A stretch of 64,000 nt of DNA, from the NCBI RefSeq assembly GCF_006345805.1, contig NC_042999.1, forward strand, positions 52,390,001 to 52,454,000. Direction: 5' to 3'. This document shows, one piece after another, positions 51,431 through 63,660 of this stretch; the first letter of the stretch is position 1, and each line of letters opens with the position of its first letter. The stretch comes from Octopus sinensis. Lineage: Eukaryota. The notes beneath the pieces are model-generated. The model made no database searches. It had not been told where the DNA came from and saw only the letters and a list, made by a program, of their open reading frames with translations. Position numbers and translations under genes: made by a program.

Positions 51431-51828
51431 AATAATGCGTTGCTATGTTGTGAATATTCATGCTGTAGGAACTTAAGAAAAACTATCAACAGGAACACCA
51501 CAAACAATTAGGAGAATAAGCTTGTAATAATTTTCTATTGTAGAGGTTCTCTTTTGTTTAATTTGAACATGCAGGGATTGGATTGTGAAATAATACAATG
51601 TGTTTGTAACCGTGCTTTAGAAACTATAATATTCGATAATATTGACAGTACGTTTTTAGGACCGCCATGCTTAAGGGATATGTTGACTGTGGCCGGTTAA
51701 TAACCATAATGTCCTCAACGAAATTTTAATATTAAGAATATAAAAGATTAAAATTACTAGAGAATATAGCCGTAAAGACGAACAAGTTATAGCTACCAAA
51801 GTAATATAAAGATTAAATATATACCATA

Positions 51829-52225
51829 GGCGCAGGAGTGGCTGTGTGGTAAGTAGCTTGTTTACCAACCATATGGTTTCTGGTCCAGTCCCACTGCGTG
51901 GCACCTTGGGCAAGTGTCTTCTACTATAGCCTCGGGCCGACCAAAGCCTTGTGAGTGGATTTGGTAGACGGAAACTGAAAGAAGCCCGTCGTATATATGT
52001 ATATATATGTATGTGTATGTATGTGGGTGTGTCTGTGTTTGTCCCCCTAGTATTGCTTGACAACCGATGCTGGTGTGTTTATGTCCCCATCACTTAGTGG
52101 TTCGGCAAAAGAGACCGATAGAATAAGTACTGGGCTTACAAAGAATAAGTCCCGGGGTCGAGTTGCTCGATTAAAGGCGGTGCACCAGCATGACCGCAGT
52201 CAAAATGACTGAAACAAATAAAAAG
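51829..52225 (+). mobile_element. SINE family A, full length, ending about 20-30 bp from the gene B exon 6 donor
   Basis: Matches the copy at 5821. Confidence 0.9.
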
Positions 52226-52253
52226 AGAAAAAGAGATAATTAAAGCAACTTAC

Positions 52254-52320
52254 ATACAGCACCAAGTTCGTCAATGTTATCAAATGCACACACAGAAACT
52301 GTACCCAAAGTTGCACAAAT
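52254..52320 (-). CDS. Gene B exon 6, 67 bp: ICATLGTVSVCAFDNIDELGAV(C)
   Basis: Acceptor ttcag| and donor T|gtaagt. Contains the ATLGT...FD motif, and the 67-bp length matches human DDC. Confidence 0.95.
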
Positions 52321-52889
52321 CTGAAAAATTAGAAAATTAGAAAATTCTTATAACTTTTCTGTGGTTATTTTTGACAAATTGTTTGACTGAATATCACGTA
52401 CATCGTAAAGGTACATGGATTACTGGTTACGTGAAGGGGCCTAGATACAACGAACACTGTGAAGGTGCATGGATTAGCGGTTACGGTGCTCGGCTTATTA
52501 GGGTCCTGCTTTAGCTCACAGCCACAAAATGTTGTGGGTTGGGTTAGGTTTAGGGTTACGGCGGTTTTGTGCTGTTGAGCAAGATACTTTATTTTAGTTG
52601 CTCCACTCAAGCCATTTCACATTCTGTGTTCACGCTGAATCTCCTTCAGAACCACGTTCAGTGTACGCATGTCTGTGGAGTGCTCAGTTACATGCACATC
52701 AGTTTTGCGAGAGACTAGTTCCGTTTATCGGATCAACTGGAACAGCCATCGTAGTAACCGACGGAGTGCTATTTCTAAAGCATTTTATCATCCTTATATG
52801 TGTTAGAGCATCTCTAAAATATGGGCTACGTTCCAAAGTTGTTTGCAAAGATCTGTGGCATAGTCTACACAACATTTACCACTTGTAAG

Positions 52890-53090
52890 CTGGCAGAGTC
52901 GTTAGTACTCCGGACAAAATGCTTAGCAGCATTTAGTCTGGCTGTATGTTCTGAGCTCAAATTCCGCTGAGGTCGACTTTGTCTTTCTTCATTTTGGGGA
53001 GTGTGTAACATAAGAACCTGTTACACACGGGTGTCAATGTAATCGACTTGCGGCCTCGCCCGACCTTGCTGGCATTGTGCCAAAATTTGA
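52890..53090 (+). mobile_element. SINE family B
   Basis: Contains gctggcagagtcgttag...gagctcaaattccgctgaggtcgacttt. Confidence 0.75.
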
Positions 53091-53709
53091 AACCAAAATC
53101 GTTCAAAGATTCAGTGTTTAACAATTTAAACGTCTTTTACTTCTCCATACATAAAGCTGATCATCTCAACGAAGTGGAGAAAGAAACTTTCGAAAACATT
53201 ATCGTCAATAAAGTTTAATATTGTTTTTCTTTCACGTGTCCAGGTGGCTTAAAGTTATTAGTCTAAGGGAAGTAACTTTCGTATAGCTACTATGTTAGTT
53301 ATCTCCCTTGACTGCTCTATTTCTAGAGGAGCAAATATAATTGTTTTCAAGGCGTGTGTTTGTTCTTGAGCAAGCTTGAGAACAAGTTTGCAGTGTTTTA
53401 TGGTAAATAACTTACCTTGCCGAAGAATATGGAAGTATTTAATTCGTGTTGTACCAATTCGGCAACGGATTAAAAAAATATATGTTAAAATATAGAACCA
53501 AACACGAATTGAAAAGAGGAGTGTGCAGTAAAATAGTTCAGGAAAATAATTTCAAAAACATAAACAACTCCGTTGATTCGGAAAATTTCAGTTAGAAGTC
53601 GTCATAAAATGCTGAACGACTGTTTTGTTTGACTGCTTTAACACGTGACTACCACACTGAATAATTCTTCATTCAACTTGAACCGCAGCTTGAAAGCAGA
53701 CCCACGCTT

Positions 53710-54000
53710 ATGTATCTATTGCGAGCTGGCAGAAACGTTAGCACGCCGGACGAAATGCGTAGCCGTATTTCGTCTGGCGTTACGTTGTGAGTTCAAATTC
53801 CGCCGAGGTCGACTTTGCCTTTTATCCTTTCGGGGTCAATAAATTAAGTAACAGTTACGCACAGGGGTCGACTTTGCCTTTTATCCTTTCGGGGTCAATA
53901 AATTAAGTACCAGTTACGATGTAATCGACTTAATAATCCCTTTGTCTGTCCTTGTTTGTCCTCTCTTTGTTTAGCCCCTTGTGAGTAGTAAAGAAATATA
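53710..54000 (+). mobile_element. SINE family B with an internal duplication of about 59 bp
   Basis: ggtcgactttgccttttatcctttcggggtcaataaattaagta occurs twice, at about 53807 and 53866. Confidence 0.85.
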
Positions 54001-54709
54001 TTGGGGATAGCACATAGCACTCCGAATGTGTGTGAGTTTGTGTGTGTGTGTGTGTGTATGTGTGCATGTGTGTGTGTGTGTCTGTGTGTGTGTGTCAGTG
54101 TGTGTTTGTGTGTGTGTCTGTGTGTGTGCGTGGGGTGGTGGACGTGTGTGTATGTCTGTGTGTGCGTTAGAATCTCAGCCCCTCCACCACAGTATGAAAA
54201 TTTGTTTTATCTACTATAATAATAATAACCCTCATCTGAAGTCGCTAAAGATGCAATAAATTGAATTTCTTCTGGTTTAATAGTTAGCGATATGAAAATG
54301 TAGGTAAAATAGAGCTGGTCCCCAAAGTGTTTGTTGTAGCTGTAATTGTTGTAGCAGAATTGGCTGCTGACTCGGTCATCAACCGTGGGTTGAATTAAGG
54401 AGTGGGTGATGCTGGGTCAGTTGTTGTTATTGCAATTATTGTGGTGCTCGTGGTAGCGACGACGGTGCTGGTGATTTTCCTTGCTGCTGTTGAAAACTAT
54501 GTGAAGAATGGTTGCTGTAGTTAGAGATGGCCTGAGTTTAATGATTGCAACAAGTAAAAGGAAAATAAAAACTTCTAATATATCGGAAGTTTTGGCCAAG
54601 TTAGACGTCAAGAAAGGTGGAACCCCCCCTCCCCCCGAAAACTATAAGCATGGGGCTTTTGTCCACTTTCACACTTTAAGTAGGGGCTTTTGTCCGTAAT
54701 CGGCTGGCT

Positions 54710-55290
54710 ACGTGGCTGGTGCGCGTGTATGTGCGTGTGTGTCTGTGTGTGTGCGTGACGGTGCAAGCGTGTGTATGCGTGTGTTTGTGCGTGTGGGGGT
54801 TTGTGCATGCGTGTGTATGTGGGTGTGCGCATGGGGAGGGTGCACGCGTGTATGTGTGTGCGCGTGTGTGTGTGTATGCGTGCGTGTGTGTGTGCATGTG
54901 TGTGTGTGAATGAGTGAGTGTGTATATGTGTGTGTATATGTGTGTGTGTGTATGCGTGTGCATGTATGTGTGTGTGAGTGAGTGAGTGTGTATATGTGCG
55001 TGTATGTGTGTGTGCATGTGTGTGTGTGAGTGAGTGTGTATATGCGTGTGTATGTGTGTGTGCATGTGTGTGTGTGAGTGAGTGAGTGTGTATATGCGTG
55101 TGTGTGCGTGTGCATGTGTGTGTGCATGTGTATGTGCATGTGTGTGTGTGAGTGAGTGTGTATATGTGTGTATGTGTGTGTGTGTTCATGTGTGTGTGTG
55201 AGTGAGTGTGTATATGTGTGTGTGCGTGAGTGAGTGAGTGTGTATATGTGTGTGTATATGTGTGTGTGCGTGAGTGAGTGAGTGTAAGAG
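54710..55290. repeat. Compound (TG)/(TGAG) simple repeat, representative of dozens of (AT)n, (CA)n, (CATA)n and (TAA)n microsatellites that produce most of the listed ORFs
   Basis: Seen directly in the sequence. Confidence 0.95.
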
Positions 55291-55629
55291 AGGGAGACTG
55301 GGGGAGAGAGACTAGACTCAATATGGCTGAATTGTTAAGAAATGCACTTTGCAACATCGATTTACCAAATTCGATCTCATAGCGTGATATTTCGGCCAAA
55401 TGTCACTGAGCCAGCCCATGGCTTATGAGTTCAATTAGGTAGATGGAAACTGTGGAGAAGCCCGTCTGATGTATTGTTCCTGTAATTCAACAGAACCAGC
55501 TTCCCATATTTTGTTTCACGCTGGTTATATCCAGTTGAGTAGGACGGCGTTGTGACAAGCCCGGTAGCTACGGGTGCGAACTCAAGTAAAGCCGACTGCT
55601 TGTGCAATAACCTTATGCATGGGTATTTA

Positions 55630-55865
55630 AGGCGGCGAGCTGGCAGAAACGTTAGCACGCCGGGCGAAATGCTTAGCAGTATTTCGTCTGCCGTTACGTT
55701 GTGAGTTCAAATTCCGCCGTGGTCGACTTTGCCTTTCACCCTTTCGGGGTCGATAAATTAAGTACCAGTTACGCACCGGGGTCGATGTAATCGACTTAAT
55801 ACCTATGTCTGTCCTTGTTTGTCCCCTCTGTGTTTAGCCCCTTGTGGGTAATAAAGAAATAGGCA
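55630..55865 (+). mobile_element. SINE family B, full length
   Basis: Runs from aggcggcgagctggcagaaacgttagc to gtgggtaataaagaaatagg. Confidence 0.9.
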
Positions 55866-56100
55866 TGGGTATTGATGGCAATTTGCATAGGCAATGGTCA
55901 GTGATTGCCTTCTTCGGTGATGAGTGGACAGCCATCAATATACGTTTGTATGTATGTATGTAATGTGTATGTGTGTGTGCTTGTTGATACTGATGAGATA
56001 CCAGATACTGCGTGTGATTTTAGAAAGTGTTATCACATATCCTTAAGGTTATTATCTGTCAAACAACACCAAAGTCATTGGAATCATTTTCAAAACTTAC

Positions 56101-56244
56101 ATAAAAAGGAGTTAAACCTTTCGCTTTGTCCTCTTCAACGGCTTTCCTCACATTTTCCCCACGCATCACTCGTTTCTCGTCCAACTCTATATCTCGGTAT
56201 TTAACCAGCGCGATTTGAAAAGCCTTCTCAACTGAGCAGTGAGA
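56101..56244 (-). CDS. Gene B (second decarboxylase paralog) exon 5, 144 bp: SHCSVEKAFQIALVKYRDIELDEKRVMRGENVRKAVEEDKAKGLTPFY
   Basis: Acceptor ttcag| and donor TAT|gtaagt. 28 of 48 residues are identical to gene A exon 5. Exons 1-4 were not found in 56245-64000 and presumably lie beyond the window. Confidence 0.95.
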
Positions 56245-56300
56245 CTGAAAATACAGACAATTAATGCACACATAATAAAGAAATCTAACATGCATGTATC

Positions 56301-56341
<41 letters not shown>

Positions 56342-56696
56342 TTCGTTTTGGGATTTGGTTTGCAAGATTATTTATACAGAGTCAAGATTATTGAAATGGT
56401 TGCAAGACGCAACGAAACTTTTAGGAAAATAAAAATAAGAAATAAGTGGAAATTTTACCGGTGAGTGTGTTAAATTGTAAGGCACAAAAACAAAATGACT
56501 CTCCCCAGACACAACAGTATATATATGTATATATATATATAATAAATCTCAGAGCGATTATAAACAGTAGCTGCAACACATCGTGATGTATATACGCCAT
56601 TTAAATATGGCTAACCCCTAAGGGTGGATGCTACTGTAGCTTGAAAAAGATATATATTTGCAAGGGAACTTACGTTTTATCGACAACTGTAATTGT

Positions 56697-56741
56697 CACA
56701 CGCCGATGATGGGTCAATACTCAGAAACTCAAGTCCGTGTG
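56697..56741 (+). ncRNA. Candidate minimal type I hammerhead ribozyme (U4C variant)
   Basis: CACACG-CCGATGA-TGGGT caat ACTCA-GAAAC tcaa GTC-CGTGTG, giving a 6-bp stem I, a 5-bp stem II and a GUC cleavage triplet. Confidence 0.62.
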
Positions 56742-56897
56742 TATCATAGGTTGAAGACGGGATGAATGGCTTCCCTTTGCAAATACTGGTAGGGCACAGA
56801 AAGTGGGTCAATAGTCATTGGAGGAGGTGTCTGCCTGGGGCTACAAGCTACAGTAGCATCCACCTTAGGGGTTAGCGACATTTAAGTGGCAAATATA

Positions 56898-56950
<53 letters not shown>

Positions 56951-56968
56951 ATATATATATATATATAA

Positions 56969-57056
<88 letters not shown>

Positions 57057-57076
57057 TATATAATATATATATAAAT

Positions 57077-57113
<37 letters not shown>

Positions 57114-57132
57114 ATATATATATATAATATAT

Positions 57133-57163
<31 letters not shown>

Positions 57164-57190
57164 AATATATATATATATAAATATATATAT

Positions 57191-57481
57191 AAAATATTAT
57201 TCGAGACAAAACCACTATTTTGCAAAACAAACAAGGAAAGACTTAATCAATACATAAAATTTTAATAAATAGTCAAAAAAAACCGCCACTACAATCGTTT
57301 CTTGTCTTGATCGACAATCTTCAGGTGGACTTCCAATAATAAGTCCACCTGAAGATTGTCGATCAAGACAAGAAACGATTGTAGTGGCGGTTTTTTTGAC
57401 TATTTATTAAAATTTTATGTATTGATTAAGTCTTTCCTTGTTTGTTTTGCAAAATAGTGGTTTTGTCTCGAATAATATTTT
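57191..57481. repeat. Near-perfect palindrome (arms of about 141 bp, 8-nt spacer) carrying two mirror-image hammerhead motifs
   Basis: 57191-57332 is the reverse complement of 57341-57481 apart from one A-run length difference. Confidence 0.95.
57345..57387 (+). ncRNA. Candidate minimal type I hammerhead ribozyme; its mirror copy is on the minus strand at 57286-57328
   Basis: CCAC-CTGAAGA-TTGTC gatcaa GACAA-GAAAC gatt GTA-GTGG, with an intact CUGANGA/GAAA core and a GUA triplet. Confidence 0.65.
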
Positions 57482-57607
57482 ATAATATTTTACTATAAAA
57501 TCGATTTAATCATAAATCTGATTTTTTTCCCTGTAAATTTGGATTTATTCCCTAATATTTATTATTTATAAATATATATATATATATATAAATATATATA
57601 TAAATAT

Positions 57608-57638
<31 letters not shown>

Positions 57639-57688
57639 ATATATATAAATATATATATATATATAAATATATATTATATATAAAATAT

Positions 57689-57721
<33 letters not shown>

Positions 57722-57780
57722 AATATATATATAATATATATATATATAAATAATATATATATATATAAATATATATAAAT

Positions 57781-57825
<45 letters not shown>

Positions 57826-57903
57826 TATATATATAAATATATATATATATAATATATATAATATATATATATATAAATATATATAAATATAATATATATA
57901 ATA

Positions 57904-57934
<31 letters not shown>

Positions 57935-57958
57935 AAATATATATATATAGATATATAA

Positions 57959-58097
<139 letters not shown>

Positions 58098-58107
58098 AAA
58101 TATATAT

Positions 58108-58231
<124 letters not shown>

Positions 58232-58279
58232 ATATATATATATATATATAAATATGTATATATAAATATATATATATCA

Positions 58280-61200
58280 CCAAAAATACCAACAGAAAAC
58301 CAAATAAGAAACCACTGCCCTCTTCCCCCACATCACCACCTCAATACTACTGCAGTAACAAAACTTAAAGAAACATAGGAAGCAGAATGCGCCCCCACGG
58401 CACAAACAAGAAATCCCCAAGTATGCCGCTATTCACTGCGCCAGAGACTCTGCACAAATAGTGACTGCATCTTCACGCATCTACCCGGCACTAGACGCAC
58501 TACCGGCCAAGGCCAAAGCACGCATCCCACAATAACATCAACACCACCAAATAGTAAATCGAAATTCAAAACACACACAACTCGGAGTCCCAAAATCTGC
58601 CGGTATTCCCAACGTGAGAGAACATGTCTACTGAGTGACTGTCCCTTCACTCATCTTCCAGGGACCCGACGCACAAACAGAAACGGGGCCTCAAGCCAAC
58701 ACACAAACCTGAATAACAATAAAAATAGAAACACACCATGCTGCAGTAATGCTGGTCCAGTCTTTTCAGGAAGACACAAAAACAACAACAACAAAAGTGG
58801 AAACTACAACCCTATCCAACAGTGCAACCACACCTCCAGCCAAAAACTGCTCCCTAAGCAGGAAAATTCTTTTTTAGCCATGTTGAACATGGCAAAAGAG
58901 ATACACAAAAACATTCTAGCCATCACTCAACACCATCCTATGCTATTACCCCAGTGCACCAATTCCCCACATTGCTGCCACTAACACACACAAAAAATCC
59001 AAGCCCCCTGCAACAGTCAAAACCAGCCACTACACTAACCTTCACATTCCTACTCAATGCACAAGGTGTCAGCCCTTCCATCAATGCACAAAAATGGAAG
59101 GTCCAATTCATTGAAGACTGGGTTGGTAACCATTCACACCACATCCCTTTCTTCATTCTCACTGAGACCCACCTTGACAACTCCCACTTGGAAGCCGAAG
59201 TGAGAGTGAAGAATTTCACAACCATCCGCGCGGATCGTATCGGCAGGAGGAAGGGTGGAACTGCCATTTTCCTGCATGATTCATTTACGCAGATGGAAAT
59301 AGTATATTCTCCAACGGCTACTGTGAATCAGTCACCGTGCACAACAAAGCCAATGACCTGACAGTAATTGGGCTCTATAGGCCGCCCCAAACACCCATAC
59401 TGTGCTTTAAAGAATGCCTCAACAGCATTAAGTGCTTTATTCAACAGTGCCATTCTAGCAACATACTCATGATGGGAGACTTCAATCTACCCTGTGTTGA
59501 CTGGACTACAAACTGTTTGAAACCAAGCACTCCCGCCTCAACCGCTGACAAAGAAGCAGCAGAGTCACTTTTCGACTTTACGAATGAGTTTTTCTTGTCC
59601 CAACTTGTCCTTGCACCAACAAGACATCAGAACATTTTGGACCTAGTGTTTAGTAACCACACTAACACTATACATAACGTTACAGTGGAAAAAAACCCTT
59701 CTTTCAGACCATGACATGGTTCTCTGTAACATGAAATTCCACCAGCCGAAAGCTAATCCTAGTGACCTTCCTCCAGCCCACCCATTTGACAACATGAATC
59801 TCCATAAAGCCAACTGGGATGCAATCAGGAACGAGCTATCAAATGTTGACTGGTCCTTTACACATACACACATCTCCACCAACCATAAAACATCTTGGCA
59901 GATCTTTGTAGACACCGTCACAGACATATGTGCAAAACACTCCCCACCAAGACCTGTGAACAAAAAGTGCAGAATCCCCCAAAACAGAAAAACCATTATC
60001 AGAAAAATAAAAAGAACAAACAAAAAAATTAACAAACTAAAGTACTGCCAACAGCAACACACACATTCGACGGCTATCGCACTGCTTGAATCCAAAAAAA
60101 TATAACCTCCAACAATGCATGAAGACCCTCATCAATAACCAAAGATAAGCTGAGGAGAAGTGGGCCATTGAAAAAATCAAACTCAACTCCAAAGTGTTCT
60201 TTTCATTTGCGAGGAAACGCAGGGTCACTGTCTCCACTGTAGGCCCTCTAATTGACGAAACTGGCACTCTCCAAGATAATGCCAAATCCATGGCCGAGAT
60301 ACTGCAGAAACAATACTGCTCTGTTTTCAGCAATCCTGATATGGCCGATCTGGGCTGTATCAGTGATGTCAACCCCCAACACACTATATCGGACATAACG
60401 TTTAGTGCCCCTGATGTCTTAGCGGCGATAAACGAAATAAAACACAATTCAGCAGTAGGCCCCGATAGGTTCCCTGCTTGTGTCCTGAAGGTGTGTCGAC
60501 ACCAACTTGCATCTCCCCTTGCTAATCTGTGGAGAAACTCACTGGATGCTGGCTATATTCCAAAAAACCTTCTGTCCCAGTCTGTTGTCCCAGTTTTCAA
60601 AAAGGGAAACAAGTCCCTTGCAGTGAATTACCGTCCGATCTCACTCACCTCTCATATCATCAAGGTATTTGAGAGGGTGGTGAGATCTCGAATAACCCAA
60701 TTTCTGGAAAGCAACAGACGGCTGATCTCCAACCAACATGGGTTCCGTAATGGAAGGGACTGCCTAACGCAGCTCTTGCATCACTTTGAGAACATTTTGA
60801 GAGCTTTGGGAGAGGGCTCCAACACCGATGTTATCTACCTTGATTTCAGTAAGGCCTTCGACAGGGTCGATCACAAGATCCTATTGAAAAAACTATCCAA
60901 CATTGGTGTCTCTGGAAAGTTACTGAAATGGATTAAGTGTTTCCTGACAGACAGATCTCAACATGTTGTAGTTGAAGGGGTAAAATCAAGCCCAGCCAAA
61001 GTCAGTAGTGGCGTTCCGCAAGGCACTGTGCTGGGCCCACTTCTTTTCATCATTTACATTAATGACATTAATGACATCATCAAGTACAGCAACATAAAAA
61101 TCTTTGCAGATGACTCCAAGCTACAGAAGGTCATAAATGAGGCGAGTGACCGGACATGCCTTCAGTCAGATCTACTGGCTGTTATCCAATGGGCAGAAAA

Positions 61201-62055
61201 AAACAATATGCTGCTGAGCGAGGATAAATTTGAGCTAATCCACTTTGGAAAAGAGGATGCCCTGAAACTCCCATACTCCCTTCCTTCAGGTGAAACTCTC
61301 GCGGCGTCCAACAACATCAGAGACTTGGGGGTAATTGTGGACAACAACGTAAGCTGGGCCACTCATATAAACACCAAAGTTGACATGGCCCGCAGAATGT
61401 GTTCCTGGATTCTCAGAACTTTCCAGTCGAGAGATATCCACACCATTATCCTTCTCTTCTCCACTTTTGCCAGACCCCACCTTGAATACTGTTGTCCACT
61501 GTGGTCTCCCCACACAATACAAGGTATCATAAAAGTTGAAGCACCTCAAAGGGCAATCACAAAAAAGATAGATGGCATGACAGGCCTCGACTATTGGGGT
61601 CGACTAGAAAAGCTAAAGCTCTATTCTCTCCAACGTCGTCGTGAGCGCTACATCATCTGCATGATGTGGAAAATATTCCATCAGCATTGCCCAAATGATG
61701 TTGGCATCACCTTTAAGGTACATCCAAGGCTTGGGCCCCGTGCCATCCGCCCAAAACAAAAATCGCACTCTCATCTCATAACAACAATACGGCACAATTA
61801 TTTCACCTCAATTGGCCCCGCTCTCTTTAACATTACACCAAAACACATTAAAACAGAAACTGACCCTATAGGGTTCAAGAAGTCTTTGGACAGATTCCTT
61901 CAAGAAATCCCGGATAAACCCCCTACACCCGGATATGTCTCTGTAAACAATAACTCTCTACTTGAGTGGGCCATAGTGGCCAAATTCTGACTTGAAAGAC
62001 TTCACCAGGTGGTGCTATTAAGTTAGACATGGCCTGGGCCAATAATGGCCGAAAC
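58280..62055 (+). mobile_element. Near full-length CR1/L2-group LINE: ORF1 part with two CCCH zinc fingers, APE endonuclease (58954-59714) and RT (60194-61990)
   Basis: Encodes CRYSLRQRLCTNSDCIFTH and CRYSQRERTCLLSDCPFTH, LTETHL, IGLYRPP, MGDFNLP, NILDLVF, YLDFSKAFDRVDH, GVPQGTVLGP and FADD. There are three frameshifts, two of them in A7 runs. Confidence 0.95.
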
Positions 62056-62107
62056 CTATCAAAGTATCAAAGTAAGTATATATAAATATATATATATATA
62101 CATACAG

Positions 62108-62165
<58 letters not shown>

Positions 62166-62446
62166 TGTTGTGACTGGGGAGAGTCATTCTCTTTTAGTGC
62201 CTTATAATTTAACACACCCACCGGATAACGGACAGAGTCAACAACTATTGCAAAGGTTGCAAGGTTGTGTGAAATTTCACGCACAACATGGACCCACAAT
62301 TTCTTCTCAAGAGAATACGTATTTAAATAATTTTTATGAATAGCGAAAGCGGTTGACAAACACAATACAAGATATATTAAAAATTATATTAAAACTATGT
62401 AAAGTGTGTGCATTTTCCTTCTTCAGTTTCTCAATTATATGTGTGT

Positions 62447-62524
<78 letters not shown>

Positions 62525-62900
62525 CATATAGTCACAACATATATACATGTATATATAATCCAGAATTATTTACCTCCCTTACAAATAATCTTTTTTCTCA
62601 GCAAGTATTAGACCTGACACCGTATATTAGCCGGTGTTTTTCAAACGATGAATAGCTTTGCGTAACCATGGCTCGTTTTGTTCTCTCTCTTTATTATCAT
62701 CTTATAATCATCTCATAATAATGACTTTTATGACTCGTATTACTACCTCAGTCAATCTAAATGTATATATTTGTCACTACCTGTCATAAATAGCCTTTTT
62801 GTTTTATTTTGCAATGTGCATTTTCGTTGATTTTTCATATTTTACCCTTATATTTCAACGTGTATTTTGTATTTTATGTTTTCTTTTTATAACATATTTC

Positions 62901-62999
<99 letters not shown>

Positions 63000-63004
63000 G
63001 AGAG

Positions 63005-63250
63005 ACAGTTAAAAGGAAAACAACCAAATTATCCAGTTATATATGGTCCTTAAAAGAAAAGGGTGTCAACAGTAACATCCTTTGTAAGATCTTAGCCAAG
63101 TGTAAGCATTACACTAACGACAGTGGAAAGTGCGGTCTATGTGATATGGAAAGATGGCTCATCTGGAAAAGCAGCTTAGACCTCGCTACATGTCTAAATT
63201 CAAGAATTGAACTTTTTGTGTGATGTCCATACGTGGCTAAATATTTGTTA
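63005..63250 (+). mobile_element. Penelope-like element C-terminal (GIY-YIG-associated) remnant
   Basis: TKLSSYIWSLKEKG...CGLCDMERWLI...LNSRIEL...C...KYLL matches the typical PLE C-terminus. Confidence 0.75.
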
Positions 63251-63364
63251 CGGTATTGGTCCCCCCAAGATCACAGATAGAACCTGCTTTTTATATTGTG
63301 TCCAAGTACAAGCATTTCATTTCTTACATATATATTTTTATATTTTTACATATATGTATTTTTA

Positions 63365-63660
63365 GTGGAGGCGCAATGGCCCAGTGGTCAGGGCAGCGGA
63401 CTCGCGGTCGTAGGATTGCGGTTTCGATTCCCAGACCGGGCATTGTGAGTGTTTATTGAGCGAAAACACCTAAAGCTCCACGAGGCTCCGGCAGGGGGTG
63501 GTGGCGGTCCCTGTTGTACTCTTTCGCTACAACTTTCTCTCACTCTTTCTTCTGTTGGCCTGCTCGCTTAGCCAATGGGTTGGCGTCATTTGAAGGCTAA
63601 AACAATGCGAAGAGCATTGTGACCAGCGATGTGTAGCAACATCTGATAGCCTGGTCGGTC
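63365..63660 (+). mobile_element. SINE family C
   Basis: Matches the head and body of the copy at 49678. Confidence 0.9.

Larger units (their letters stand above)
21282..56244 (-). pseudogene. Gene B as assembled: likely pseudogene or misassembled gene (PLP-lysine exon not found, frameshift in last exon)
   Basis: No exon of about 68 bp with the ...(N/H)xxKW motif was found between 42896 and 50400. Splicing exon 7 directly to exon 9 gives GTT TAA. The last exon has a +1 indel. Confidence 0.5.

Noticed and set aside
54301-54520. Ser/Thr-rich minus-strand frame containing TLGTSS
   Set aside because: It is low-complexity with an internal stop, and the true ATLGT exon is at 52254-52320.
55985-56035. 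TGATA-CTGATGA...GAAA...TATCA hammerhead-like motif
   Set aside because: Stem II does not close and there is no valid NUH, so it is at best a decayed relic.
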